From: Octopus vulgaris
Lineage: Eukaryota
Assembly (NCBI GenBank): GCA_951406725.2
Contig: OX597827.1
Coordinates: 18,228,001-18,292,000 of the forward strand
Reading direction: 5' to 3'
Length of the DNA: 64,000 nucleotides
Shown here in pieces: positions 12,504 through 25,082 of this stretch; position 1 is the first letter of the stretch, and each line of letters starts with the position of its first letter. A model generated the notes under the pieces. That model did no database searches and was not told the DNA's origin. It was given only the letters and a program-made list of their open reading frames with translations. Made by a program: the position numbers and the translations under genes.

Positions 12504-13244
12504 GTTCGAAACGTGGAGTAGATAGAACAGCCGTCAACTGATGAAGGATCGTTTTTTATGTTGCTTGTCTTGTTTTTCATTTGTTTCTTTCGTTGAGGTT
12601 CACAGCCAAACGGCTGGGTGGATTCGCGTGGAAAATGGCACACATGTGGAGACGGGTGCATACATTGGAATGCGGTTTGTATTTTTTTCCTAGCCCCCAT
12701 ACTTACTGAGAAAATCTATTAAAACTTTTTCTAATGGAATTCCCCTGTTTGTTCCTCCATTAAAACAACCAGTTGCTCACGCAGCCGACATATACCATTT
12801 CGCTATATATAGACAAACTACCAAAAAATCTATGGCCAAACGGCCCTTAATGTTTGTCTTTGTCGATTGTTTACTCTGTACGTCCACTCCCTCGTAATTT
12901 GTTTGTTCGAAACCCTAACTGCCCACAAATTTTATATTTAAAAATATTTCGGGATGCTACTGTTTTATGAAGGTTTCCTATCTTGTCGTTAAAAGCTCGA
13001 AATAGGAAGTGATTAACAGTCGACAACTGAGGAGTGGTTAGACTTCTCTTTGTATCTTGTCCTGTACTTGTCTCTCATGATGTATTCGCGTATTTTTCAC
13101 TCGCTGGTGATGTCCTGTCCTTATTGTATATTATTTGGTATTTTGTCCTCTGGTTGATGTATTTTATATTTATTTATTTATAATCGAACGCCACGCAGCC
13201 TTGTCCACAATTAGTTTTTACTTATGTGTGTGTGTGTGTGTGTG

Positions 13245-13322
<78 letters not shown>

Positions 13323-13407
13323 AATATATAAATACCATGGTCATTCGTGACCGAAGGGCGCCTCTACCTTTTTTTTACTATGTATGTATGTATGTATGCA
13401 TGTATGA

Positions 13408-13550
13408 AGGTGCATGCCTTAGTGGATTGGAAATTCGGCTCACGATCGTCAGGCAGTGAGTTCGATTCCCGGCAGTACACTGTGTCCTTGAGCAACACAC
13501 TTTATTACTCATTGCTCCAGTTCACTCAGCAAAAATAAGTTGTATCTGTA
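13408..13550 (+). mobile_element. tRNA-derived CORE-type SINE fragment
   Basis: A/B boxes (GCCTTAGTGG, GTTCGATTCC) followed by TGTGTCCTTGAGCAA..CACTTTA..TTGCTCCAG. Confidence 0.7.
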
Positions 13551-13555
13551 ATTCT

Positions 13556-13950
13556 TTTCTACTTTAAGCACAAAGCCCGAATTTGGGGAGGGGGTGGTAG
13601 TTGATTACATCGACCCCAGTACGCAACTGGTACTTAGTTTATTGACCTCGAAAGGATGACAGGCAAAGTCGACCTCGGCGGAATTTGAACTCAGAACGAA
13701 ACGGCAGACGAAATACCTATTTCTTTACTACCCACAAGGGGCTAAACACAGAGGGGACAAACAAGGACAGACAAACAGATTAAGTCGATTACATGGAGCC
13801 CAGTGCGTAACTGGTACTTATTTAATCAGCCCCGAAAGGATGAAAGGCAAAGTTGACCTCGGCGGAATTTGAACTCAGAACGTAGCGGGAGACGAAATAC
13901 CGCTAAGCATTTCGCCCGGTGTGCTAACGATTCTGCCAGCTCACCGCCTT
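13556..13950 (-). mobile_element. SINE family B dimer: one head, two bodies with different tails
   Basis: Reverse complement matches the 30209 and 53292 arrays. Junction AAAGAAATA|GGTATTTCG at ~13717. Confidence 0.85.
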
Positions 13951-14295
13951 ATTGTACCTGTACTCAATAGCACCATATTTTTCCCCCTGTATAGAATCCA
14001 CAAGTTTTCTGGTATGTTGTATGATTTTTTTCACACATTTGCTGTCGAATCTACACCAACGGATGTTGAATTAAACTTTTGCTTGACAGAACAAATTTTT
14101 TCCTGAAGTTTGCCCCGATTACTTTCAGGCTGAATGTAGCCATCAATTATTAATAGATCGAAACCTTAATCCTTCCGTCGGAAGACCTTCAACTCCTCTC
14201 TAGGGGATATAAATTAAAAATTATTTTCTAATAGGGCTGCATATGAATGAAATACAAGGATTTGTGTGTGGGTACATAAATATCGCACGCGCGCG

Positions 14296-14359
<64 letters not shown>

Positions 14360-14371
14360 GTTATCTTTATC

Positions 14372-14575
14372 TGCTTCAGACACCAGACTGCGGCCATGCT
14401 AGAGCAGCACCTTGAACGGTTCAGTTGAAGAAATCTACACCCCGGGACGTTTGTAGAATCTGGCACTGATTCTATCAGGCACTTTTTTGACGAATCGCTA
14501 ATTTACGAGGACGTAAACAAACCAACATCGGTTGTTAAGCAGTGCTGAGAGACAACCACAAACACAAAGACACAC
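14372..14575 (-). mobile_element. Diverged SINE-A 3' half
   Basis: Similar to the SINE-A 3' region (GCGGCCATGCT..GCAGCACC, GACGTAAACA..CATCGGTTG). Confidence 0.7.
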
Positions 14576-15188
14576 ACGCATGTAGACACACACGCATGTA
14601 GACACACACATGTAGACACACATACGTAGATACATACATGCATATATATATATATATTGCTGTATTTTGTGATGGTCATTTTTCTTTTGAAAATAAACAC
14701 ACGCACTATATATTTTTTTCTTCATTCGTTTATTACTGTTCTTATTTTATTATTTTAACCCATTTCCATTGTATGGAAATCTTTCGTCACACATCTGCGA
14801 CCTCTTGAGCGACACTTTTCGTTTTCGTGTGTGTTCTTGCTCCACTTACTCCATTCTGTTCTCCTAAGATGCGTACCCTTATGTGGGCATGCGTTTGTGT
14901 CCTTGTGTGTGTGTGTGTGTGTGTCATAGTTTTTAACAACAGTGTGGCCTTCCCCCTCAGCCCCATCCTCTCATCTTATTGTACTGCAGCTGACCCGAAA
15001 AGAAAACATGGTCCAGTTCCTGTATTCCTTTTATGTACTTGTGTTCGCAGACGGTGTTGCCATCTTGGTAGTTGCTGTTGCATATATATATATAGTTGGA
15101 ATTTACAAAAAAAAATGAAAGAAAAGACGAAGACAGGTGTGTAAACAACAAACAGATGTATTAGTTTAATGCTCGGGAAGTGAGAAAG

Positions 15189-15226
15189 CCTTTTACGTTT
15201 CGAGCCTACGCTCTTCAACAGAAAGG
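15189..15226 (-). ncRNA. Minimal type I hammerhead-ribozyme-like motif (core variant CUGUUGA)
   Basis: Minus strand reads CCUUU-CUGUUGA-A-GAGC gtag GCUC-GAAA-CG-UA-AAAGG. Stems I and II pair. Confidence 0.65.
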
Positions 15227-16079
15227 AACACAGAAATAAGCATAGAGAGGAAATAAAAAAGGTTTAGTGGCTAGCGATGTATGTATGTATGTATACAATT
15301 TAAAAATAGGATAAAATCTTTATAAGAATTTATCAAGTAGTTAGCGGGAAAAACCTCATAAGATAAAAATACATCAATTTTTTCTCTTAAATATATTTAT
15401 TTATATTGAGGGCATTACTATACATAAATGCCACACGCTAGGAGGGACTCTTAAAGTCAAAACTACCAAAATAAATAAACACATTGTACCGAATACGAGA
15501 GAATGCAACTCTCGAAGCGAGCATTTTAAAAACAGAATTCAGTTGCATATCATATGATTTCATAATTAGTGACCAAATGCACTTTTGAATCCTCAGTGCA
15601 AGCATAATTCAAGATATATAAAAAACGAACAAAACTCAACATGCCAGATGAATGACCAATGTATCCAACGTAGCATATAAAATTGTTCACTCTTACGTAT
15701 CTATGTAAAAGGCGGGCATTTTCGAATTGCATCTCGGTATAAACGTGTTTATTCGGAATGAAATTCAGCACTGAATATACTCCGGTTAAATTTACAATTT
15801 AAAAATATGATAAAATCTTTATAAGAATTTATCAAGCGAGACAAATAAACATATAAAGTATATAATATATGTATATATATATTAATAGTTATCGCCAAAC
15901 TAATATGGCAGTCCATAAATATAAGACTAAAGCTGTCGCTGATTAGCTCCAAGTGGTCATCGCCTCTAGCTAGCTATATGACACACGAACCTGCGTCCAT
16001 TACAACCTTCGAACAGGGGAGGTCAGCCGCTTCACCTTGCTGGTCAGAAACAGTACTGTACTGTATATATTTTTATATA

Positions 16080-16138
16080 TATCACGGTGGGGTTTTGGAA
16101 CGTAACGTAACGCCCGCGATATTCAAGGGTATACTGCA
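16080..16138 (+). mobile_element. Tigger/pogo-like MITE 3' end
   Basis: GGAACGTAAC..CCGCGATATTCAAGGGTATACTG resembles 53230-53278. Confidence 0.45.
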
Positions 16139-16512
16139 TATGTTTACATACTAGAAGGTCCGACTTCTTGTATGTAAAGTCGGACTTTGTATGTAAACAT
16201 ACGTGGTATTAATGTTGCCTATCAAAGATTGCTGGAAGTGGTTGATCATTGAATGGATAGATATATAATAGAAGCAGAGAATGAACTAGCAAGATATGGC
16301 GCTACTTTAGAGTATTTAACATATAATTCAAAGTTTAAACATACTGCAGAGTAGTTATGTGAAGTCTCTTACAGCTGTTTCGAAAATAGCTGAGCATGTG
16401 GTCGTGTGTCATTGAAGTAAAGATTTCCACGTAAGCTAACTGTTCCATCACAGGGAGTGAGAGAAATAAAGAGAATTCTTAATCAAAGATATTATTCTCT
16501 CCCTCCCTCTCC

Positions 16513-16578
<66 letters not shown>

Positions 16579-16708
16579 AAAACCTCTATGAATGGCTGAA
16601 GATTGCTCAACATTTTAAAACTGATGTAATACTTACAATGTTTAATAAAATAATGTAGCATGAAACGATCGTACCAAATTACCGAAGATATTCTTGTTGC
16701 TTACTTTG

Positions 16709-16775
<67 letters not shown>

Positions 16776-17193
16776 CTCGCTTTCTCTCCGATGTACGTGT
16801 GATGTGTGTGTCTGTGCGCGCGTATATAGGTAGATGTGAATGTAATAGAATACAGCACACTAAATTTCGGTTTAGTGGAACAGGATACTCTAGATTACTA
16901 GAACACTACAGTTCTATACGACACCATTAATAAGATATGATAACGTACATATACTGTACAACACAGTACGATACAGTACATGACAACAAAACTCAACAAG
17001 AAAGCAAAGAGTAATACCGTAGAGCATAATATGGTGCAATACCGTTCGATAAAGTAAAAGAGAAAATAATGTAATACAGATACTCTGAACTGCACATTTC
17101 TGTCTAACACTCTACAGAGGAGAATAGTAGAATTATAGTGGAACACGATTCCGTACAGTGCACTACAACATACGCGAGAGCAGTAGAATACAA

Positions 17194-17648
17194 GGATCTT
17201 TTCGGTTTGAACGGCAGTTTGTAACATAATTTCTAGGTAACTAAAAAATTTTAAACTTCGTATACTGGTAGAATGTGTTTATAAAACATCTTTTTCTCTT
17301 GGCTTTATTGAGAAAATTCTATAGTTTGCAAGATATTTGTTGTTGTTTTTCTTCAATTTCTGCAATTTCAACCAATCAGTTATGTCTATTGAGTTAAAAA
17401 AAACATTCTGTGCCGTATGAATATGTCCCCTCGTTTAAGAAACAGATTGGGTTTATTTACATTTCTGAAGAAAAAAAGATACCCTTTCCCCCACCCCTAA
17501 CCCTAACCCTATCTAACCCTAAATAACCCTAACTAACCCTAACCCTAAAACAGATTGAAATGCATAGATCGATACTAGGGTCATAATTATGGGTGACAAT
17601 TTCATATGACACCGCTAGAAAATATTGCCGTTCAAACCGAAAACATCT
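17194..17648 (-). mobile_element. MITE with GGATCTTTTCGGTTTGAACGGCAG TIRs and internal (TTAGGG)n
   Basis: TIRs at both ends. Flanks GAATACAA/AAATACAA look like an 8-bp TSD. Homologous copies at 46209, 46650 and 56467. Confidence 0.85.
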
Positions 17649-17937
17649 AAATACAATATAATATATAGTATATAACAGCTTAACGTAAACTGCAGTATAA
17701 TAAAGCAGATACTTAATACTTAATTTGATCGTTTACATTCATCAGAAGAAAAGGAAATTGGAAAGAAAATACGTTAAGTGGTGATTTTAGCTGCTCGTAA
17801 AATGTGATGAAATGGAAGGGAACAGACGATGATCAATTAATCAGCATGAAAGCATCAAAATATTTCGCCAGTCGTTTTAATAAAAAAAAATACTTCAGAA
17901 CAGAAGTAAGAAAATATTCAACCGTTTATTCTAACTC

Positions 17938-17980
<43 letters not shown>

Positions 17981-17989
17981 TATATATTT

Positions 17990-18216
17990 TTTTACTACCC
18001 ACAAGGGGCTAAACACAGAGGGGACAAACAAGGACAGACAAACGGATTAAGTCGATTACATCGACCCCAGTGCGTAACTGGTATTTCATTTATCGACCCC
18101 GAAAGGATGAAAGGCAAAGTTGACCTCGGCGGAATTTGAACTCGGAACGCAACTACAGGCGAAATACGGCGAGGCATTTCGCCCGGCGTGCTAACGTTTC
18201 TGCCAGCTCGCCGCCC
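17990..18216 (-). mobile_element. SINE-B monomer, full head
   Basis: Complete head, body and tail on the minus strand. Confidence 0.88.
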
Positions 18217-18325
18217 CATACATATGTGCGTGTGCGTGTATGTGTGTACGTATCTGTCTTATATTGTCTCTCTTTGTGCGTATGTGTATACATATGCATG
18301 TACATATATATGCATATATATAAAT

Positions 18326-18714
18326 ATGGATGGAAGCACTCCGTCGGTTACGACGACGAGGGTTCCGGTTGATCCGATCAACGGAACAGCCTGCTCGTGA
18401 AATTAACGTGTAAGTGGCTGAGCACTCCACAGACACGTGTGCGCTTAACGCAGTTCTCGGAGATATTCAGCGTGACACAGAGAGTGACAAGGCCGGCCCT
18501 TTGAAATACAGGTACAACAGAAACAGGAAGTAAGAGTGAGAGAAAGTTGTGGTGAAAGAGTACAGCAGGGATCACCACCATCCCTGCCGGAGCCTCGTGG
18601 AGCTTTTAGGTGTTCTCGCTCAATAAACACTCACAACGCCCGGTCTGGGAATCGAAACCGCGATCCTATGACCGCGAGTCCGCTGCCCTAACCACTGGGC
18701 CATTGCGCCTCCAC
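18326..18714 (-). mobile_element. tRNA-derived SINE family C, full length
   Basis: Head GTGGAGGCGCAATGGCCCAGTGGTTAGG..GGTTTCGATTCCC. Flanked by ATATAAATAT direct repeats. Near-identical to 19714-20070. Confidence 0.88.
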
Positions 18715-18895
18715 ATATAAATATATATAATGTGTGCTCGAGCGTGTGTATAGTTCAAGAATTATCCTCTATGATGTTTAAGAGTAGATTAACATGCGAC
18801 AGGTCATTTATGCTAATTACCAAACCCACCGCGTGTGTACCGTTGGCGATTTTTTTCCCTCTGTCTTCCCTTCTCTGGATCTTTCCTTCTCCTAT

Positions 18896-18930
18896 GTTTC
18901 CGACGAAGAGCTCTGCTCGAAACGTTAAAC
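18896..18930 (+). ncRNA. Minimal hammerhead-like motif (core CCGACGA)
   Basis: GUUU-CCGACGA-A-GAGC ucu GCUC-GAAA-CG-UU-AAAC. Stems I and II pair. Confidence 0.65.
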
Positions 18931-19029
18931 CCTCCTTCTTTCCTTCTTTCCTCAGCATCCAATAATACTGTATTTGTTCCACGTCCTCGCGTTGTTGTGT
19001 TTTTTTGTGCTTTCATGTTTGTGCTTTCA

Positions 19030-19065
19030 GAACAGAAGTAAGAAAATAGCCAACCGTTTATTCTA

Positions 19066-19099
<34 letters not shown>

Positions 19100-19254
19100 T
19101 TTTTTTACTACCCACAAGGTGCTAAACAAAGAGGAGACAAACAAGGACAGACAAACGGATTAACTGGTACTTAATTTATCGACCCCGAAAGGATGAAAAG
19201 CAAAGTCGACCTCGGCGGAATTTGAACCCGGAACGCAACGACAAACGAAATACT
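19030..19254 (-). mobile_element. 5'-truncated SINE-B carrying the same 3' flank as the 17990 copy
   Basis: Duplicates ~17894-18168. Bounded by the 12-bp direct repeat TTTGTGCTTTCA (19018-19029, 19255-19266). Confidence 0.8.
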
Positions 19255-19313
19255 TTTGTGCTTTCATTTTCTAAGTGCCTCGTCGGCTGAAAATGCAGTG
19301 AGACAAATTTGTG

Positions 19314-19346
19314 CTGATGACGCCTACTGAAGCAGAAACACGTGTC
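19314..19346 (+). ncRNA. Degenerate hammerhead-like motif
   Basis: CUGAUGA..GAAA-CACGUG-UC with palindromic stem III. Stem I does not pair. Confidence 0.4.
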
Positions 19347-19713
19347 GTTACGGTGCCAAACTGTTTCTATAATGGCATAGCAGTTTTGGAGAATTCTTGA
19401 TTTCTGAGATTTATTCCCATTTCACATTTGGACTTGGTGCCTATCGCCACCAAACGGTCGATCTGCCTTCTCTGGAAAAGGAGATAATTTCAATAAATCG
19501 AGCATGCATCATCTTTTATGTTATCTAATATACTTTCATTCGACCTTGTTGTTCAAATACATATCACTCTGACTCATTTTTCTTATCTCATTTTTCGTTT
19601 CCTTATATGTGTGCCTGGAGTACGTGTGGTGCGCGCGCGCGCGTGTGTGTGTGTGTGGAGTGTGTGTGCGCATGTGTAGTTGTTTGTATTAAAAGATATA
19701 TTACGTAAAGATT

Positions 19714-20070
19714 GTGGAGGCGCAATGGCCCAGTGGTTAGGGCAGCAGACTCGCGGTTATAGGATCGCGGTTTCGATTCCCAGACCGGGCGTTATGAGTG
19801 TTTATTGAGCGAAAACAACTAAAAGCTCCACGAGGCTCCGGCAGGGGATGGTGGTGATCCCTACTGTACTCTTTCGCCACAACTTTCTCTCACTCTTACT
19901 TCCTGTTTCTGCTGTACCTGTATTTCAAAGGGGCCGACCTTGTCACTCTCTTTGTCACGCTGAATATCCCCGAGAACTACGTTAAGGGTGCACGTGTCTG
20001 TGGAGTGCTCATCCACTTACACGTTGATTTCACGAGCAGGCTGTTCCGTTGATCGGATCAACCGGAACCC
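19714..20070 (+). mobile_element. SINE-C
   Basis: A/B boxes. Flanked by ATTACGTAAAGAT/ATTATGTAAAGAT (TSD-like). Confidence 0.88.
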
Positions 20071-20116
20071 ACATTATGTAAAGATACGTTATAGCAGCGA
20101 CTCCATCTAAGAATGT

Positions 20117-20150
20117 CTGAAGAAGGAATATTATTCCGAAATATCATATC
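20117..20150 (+). ncRNA. Hammerhead-like core
   Basis: CUGAAGA-A-GGAAU auu AUUCC-GAAA..AUC. Stem I is imperfect. Confidence 0.45.
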
Positions 20151-20326
20151 AGACTATGGATGACTAAATTACAATAGGTATATAGCCCATTGTCTGTATT
20201 ATAGTGCATTGTTGTACCATTCAAAACTTTTTATTCTTTATAATAATATTTTATATATATATATATATATACATATATATAATATATATATATAGTATAT
20301 ATAATATATATATATAATCTATCTAT

Positions 20327-20590
20327 CCCCGAAAGGATGAGAGGTAAACTCGACCTCGGCAGAATTTGAACTCAGAACGTAATGCCGGACGAAATGCAGG
20401 GGAACCTTTTCTCCATAGTGCTAGCGATTCTACCAGTTCGCCGCCTTGGAATACGTAATAATAGTTCTTTCTACAAAAGGAAGGGGACAAATTGATTACA
20501 TCGATTCCATAACTCGACTGGTACTTATTTTATATACCGCGGGAGGATGAAAGGCAAAGTCAACCTCGGCGGAATTTGAACTCAGACTAA
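20327..20590 (-). mobile_element. Diverged SINE-B fragments
   Basis: Two partial matches to the SINE-B body (GGATGA..GACCTCGGC..GAATTTGAACTCAG). Confidence 0.7.
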
Positions 20591-20644
20591 GTGTGGACTC
20601 AGTCGATTACATACATCGACTCAGTGTGGACTAAGTGGATTCAG

Positions 20645-21045
20645 TGTCGAACCCATTCTACTATATGGCTCAGAAACCTGGACGTTATCAAAGAAGTTTG
20701 AGAGGCGGTTGGATGGAACTTACACTCGCCTCCTTATGAGAGCTCAAAATCTCTCGTGGAAGCGTCATCCAACCAAAGTACAAATATATGGGAAACTACC
20801 ACCTGTATCATCTCTTGTGAAAGGTAGAAGAGTCCAGTTTGCTGGATGGACATTGTTGTAGAGTTGAAAAAGAGGTAATTTCTACTCTTCTCCTTTGGAA
20901 GCCATCTGCTCGCGATACCAGAGGGCGTACACTCTCCTACCCAGATGTAATCTCCAGGGATACAGGCATCCAGCAACAGGACCTCCGTAATGCTATGATG
21001 GACCGTGAAGTCTGGCGTAACATAGTAAATTCCATTGTCTCGATG
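20645..21045 (+). mobile_element. RTE-clade LINE 3' fragment
   Basis: Translates VEPILLYGSETWTLSKKFERRLDGTYTRLLMRAQNLSWK..FAG/HCCR..AMMDREVWR, with one frameshift. A short related piece lies at ~26175-26235. Confidence 0.85.
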
Positions 21046-21053
21046 ATGTAGAC

Positions 21054-21276
21054 CAGTGATTTTCAACCAAGGTTCCGCGGAACCTTAGGGTTCCGCCAGT
21101 ACGGTCCAGGGGTTCCGCAAGAAGTTACAAAACTGCTAAAATCGGCAGTAATTTTTCATTCTCCTGTGCAGATATGTGTGCATAAGACTATTAAATTATT
21201 GCACAGGGAGGGGTTCCTCGAGCCAGTGGAATGTTTCCTTGGGGCTCCGCTCCAGCAAAAAGTTTGAAAAGCACTG
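21054..21276. mobile_element. hAT (Charlie-like) MITE
   Basis: TIRs CAGTGATTTTCAACC / GTTTGAAAAGCACTG. Perfect 8-bp TSD ATGTAGAC. Confidence 0.9.
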
Positions 21277-21284
21277 ATGTAGAC

Positions 21285-21457
21285 TAAGTCGATTACATCG
21301 ACGCCAGTACTCGACTGACACTTATCTTATCGACCCCGAAAGGATGAAAGGCAAAGTCGACCTCAGCAGAATTTGAACTCAGAATGTAATGCCGGACGAA
21401 ATGCCGAGAAGCATTTTGTCCGCCGTGCTAACGAGTCTACCGTGTCTCACTGCCTTG
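21285..21457 (-). mobile_element. Diverged SINE-B
   Basis: Body and head similarity. Confidence 0.72.
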
Positions 21458-22169
21458 ACGTTCCTAATGATATCGAATCATGAAAAATATAATCGGAATT
21501 TTTTGGACATCGAATGGTTATGAGGGTTCCACCCCAGTAAGTTAAGAGCCAAAGGGGGCCATAGGTCAAAAAATGGTTGAGATCCACTGATGTAGATTAA
21601 AACATGTGAAGGAGTGTTTAACCGCTTATTCAGCTCAGATCACCCAGATCTATGATCGAAGACGTTCCGGCCATGATCAACGCCTCAGGACTACATCATT
21701 TATTTTGTTTTCTTCTATATTTTTAAAACGGTAAGTTTTGATTATGGGCGCGATATTTGGCTGCTATTACTAGCAGATCGAGTCACCATGCAAGGTCCTC
21801 CTTGTTATAGTGTTGTACGGTGATATTGCAGTGGTTGGGGATGTAGTAGTCGATTGGCGTGGAGCAACGGTGCGGTGTATTGTGGAATGGAATGGCGTAG
21901 AATGGTGTGGCGTGTGTGTGTGTGTGTGTGTGATAGCAAGGCGGAGTGGTGGCGCCTACTGTAGTAGTTTGGCGGAGCAGTGGTGGTGATGGAGGGTGGG
22001 GGGAGTGGAAGCTGACGGGGTGGGGCCGGGTTAGGTCGGCGTACAGGAAAGATAGATATACAATGATGACAGGGACAGACTGTAAGGTGATAGCCGTGGT
22101 CTAATCTCCTAATTGGTTATAAATATTCACATGAGACAATGTGGCACGTGAAACGGAGGCGAGGAGGGT

Positions 22170-22316
22170 GTCAAGGGTGGTGGTGATGTCAAGGGTGGTG
22201 GTGGTGGTGGTGATGGCGATCATGGTTACGATGGTGTTAGAGGTTGTAGTGGTTGTGGTTATGGTGATGATTTTTGTGGTGAAACGATTTGATGCTAGTG
22301 ATGATGGAGGTGGTGA

Positions 22317-22347
<31 letters not shown>

Positions 22348-22480
22348 GTTGTGGTGGTGGTGGTGGTGGTGGTGGTGGTGGTGGTGGTGGTGGTGGTGGT
22401 GGTGGTGGTGGTGGTGGTGGTGGTGGTGGTGGTGGTGGTGGTGGTGGTGGTGGTGGTGGTGGTGGTGTTTGTTGTTGCTG

Positions 22481-22512
<32 letters not shown>

Positions 22513-22830
22513 GGTGGTGGTGGTGGTGGTGGTAGTGGTGGTGGTGGTGGTGGTGGTGGTGGTGGTGATGGTGGTAGTGGTGGTGGTAGTGGTAGTGGTG
22601 GTGGTGGTTGTGGTGTTGTTGTTAGTAGTGGTGGTTGTGGTGGTGGTGGTGGTGGTGGTGGTGGTGGTGGTGGTGTCGTCGGTTCAGGTGGCAGTGGTGG
22701 TGGTGGAGGTGGTGGTTGTATTGGTGGTGGTGGTTAGTAGTGGTGGTGGTGGTTAGTAGTGGTGCTAGTAGTGGTGGTGGTGGTGGTGGTGGTGGTGTCG
22801 TCGGTGCTGGTGGTAGTGGTAACGGTGAGG
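22170..22830. repeat. (GGT)n/(GTT)n trinucleotide block
   Basis: Seen directly. Confidence 0.95.
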
Positions 22831-23472
22831 TTGTGATTTCACTCTCAACGTCGTAACGGAAGTCTATGTTAGTGGTGCTGGTACTGGTGCTGGTGGTGAT
22901 AATAATAGTAGTATTACTGGTCGTAGTGGTAATAATGGACTGGGTAGTATGAAATTCTTTTGATGACCTTTCCCACATGATGGACACAGACAATGATTCT
23001 AATGGATGGTAGTGGACATGATGGTGAAAATGTCTTTCGTCCATCACTTCGTCTGCAGATTTGCAACGGTACTGAATAGCCATCTGAGAGGAGGCCATGC
23101 ACGGAAAGCTGGAAATACTATGGACAAACAAGTACAAGGAGACGGTAATCATCTGTGAAGATGAGCACTCACCTTATATATATATATATATCAATAATGA
23201 CAACGGGTGAAATTAATTAATTAACTAGTAATCAATAATTTCACCAAGTAGAATTCGGCATGAAAAAGGAGCATTTCTCGGTAAACTTAAGTAATACTTT
23301 ATAATTAGGGTTCAGCAAAGATTCGCTTTATCACATACCGAAGTTTAGAAATAGCAGCCAGAGAACCTTAGCTATTTCCTCTACTTTAAAAAGAGACTCC
23401 CGAAAAAAAAACAAAGTACTCGAAAACAATCCACGCAGGCAGAGAGGAAAAATAACGAAAATCAATCGATAT

Positions 23473-24960
23473 TTGATTACCCGTGTTATTCAAGGCCTCG
23501 ATGTCAACAAGGGTCACGGCCCTGACGGCATACACCCACGGGTTATCAAAGCGTTGGCTCCGGTCATCTGCGAGCCCTTAACACGTCTATTCAATATGTC
23601 ATTGGCGACGGGTGTTATACCTGCAGACTGGAGAACAGCGATAATCTGCCCAATTTTCAAGAAAGGGAGCCGCGAAGACCCGCTTAACTACCGACCAGTT
23701 TCCCTTACATCAATAATCAGCAAGATGTTCGAAACCATCCTTAAGAAAAGTATGATGCTCCACCTCCTAAACACAGCCTCTATCTCTGATTCCCAACACG
23801 GTTTCGTGCCGAAGAGATCATGCTTGACCAACTTACTAGTAATGGAAGAATTGGTGACGCGCATCCTCGATGATAGTGATGCTGTTGACATCGTTTTATT
23901 GGACTTTGCCAAAGCTTTTGACTCGGTAAACCACCGCCTATTACTTGTCAAGCTTCAAGCATATAGTTTCCATCCGGATATTGTACGATGGGTTGGTGCC
24001 TTCCTCTCAGATCGCTCCTTCCAAGTCCAAGTTAATGGTTCGCGGTCCAACGTCTCCAGTGCGAGCAGTGGCGTGCCTCAAAGTTCAGTGCTTGGGCCCT
24101 TATTGTTCTTAGTCTTCATAAATGACTTGCCCGACGACCTCACGCAACACACCCTTCTATTTGCCGACGATATCAAACTGATCGCTCCCCGCGGTGATAT
24201 AGAGGATCTTCGTCGATGCCTCCACCAAATTTGGAAGTGGTCTAACGAATGGGACCTGTGTCTGAACGTGTCAAAGTGCTGTCATCTGCCTGTTGGCTCT
24301 CCTCCTGCAACTCAACTTGATTTCGAGCCGGGTCGTCTGCTGCTGGAAAGGACCGATCAGGTAAAGGACCTGGGTATCTTGGTGGATTCCTCCTTTTCGC
24401 TTTCGGCCCAGTGCGTCCATGCTGCCAACAAAGCACGCGGAATTCTGTTCTTGATTCGACGGTCATTCGGAATGCTCACAGCAGCCATATTCCTACCACT
24501 CTATGTCACGCTGGTGAGACCCATATTGGACTACGGGATTCAAACCTCTTCTCCTTATCTCCTCAAAGACATACAGCATCTCGAAAGAGTCCAGAAGCTG
24601 GCTACCCGCATGGTTCATGGTATCAAAAATTTGTCCTTCGAAGAAAGGCTGAGGACGCTCGACCTTAATTCTCTTGAAAAATGCCGCCGTCGTGGTGATC
24701 TCAATCTCGCCCACAATATCATAAGCGGAAAGTGTAACCTCTCGAAAGAGCTGTTCTTCACTCCTGCTCCAGAGCGTCGGCTGCGGGGTCATTCCGAAAA
24801 GCTCTACCTGCGACGATTTCATCTCAATCGAAGGAGAGGAGCTTTCTCCGTCCGGGTTGCGGATCCGTGGAACAAGCTGCCAGACGAGATGGTAAAGATG
24901 CCGTCGACCGCTTTGTTCAAAGCCTCCCTTGACCTCAAGTGGCCTGAACTCTTTACATGA
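23473..24960 (+). pseudogene. CR1 reverse transcriptase, 5'-truncated but open (495 codons)
   Basis: [61 protein letters not shown] motifs. No endonuclease domain and no true start codon. Confidence 0.9.
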
Positions 24961-25042
24961 ACACCACCCTGTACTTAACTCCATGTCCCCCTACATGGCC
25001 TTGCTATTTGCTTTTGAGCCAAATTAACTAACTAACTAACTA
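23473..25042 (+). mobile_element. 5'-truncated CR1-clade LINE with (CTAA)n tail
   Basis: RT ORF to 24960, short 3' UTR, AACTAACTAACT tail. Confidence 0.9.
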
Positions 25043-25082
25043 CGCGTTTCGGAATTAGATCGGTATATATGAGGACATTTTC

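Noticed and set aside
19714-19790. tRNA gene calls for SINE heads (A, B, C, CORE)
   Set aside because: They have A/B boxes but no proper acceptor stem, and each continues into a repeated SINE body.
22141-22856. Poly-Val/Gly/Trp/His ORFs
   Set aside because: GGT/GTT microsatellite; no coding evidence.
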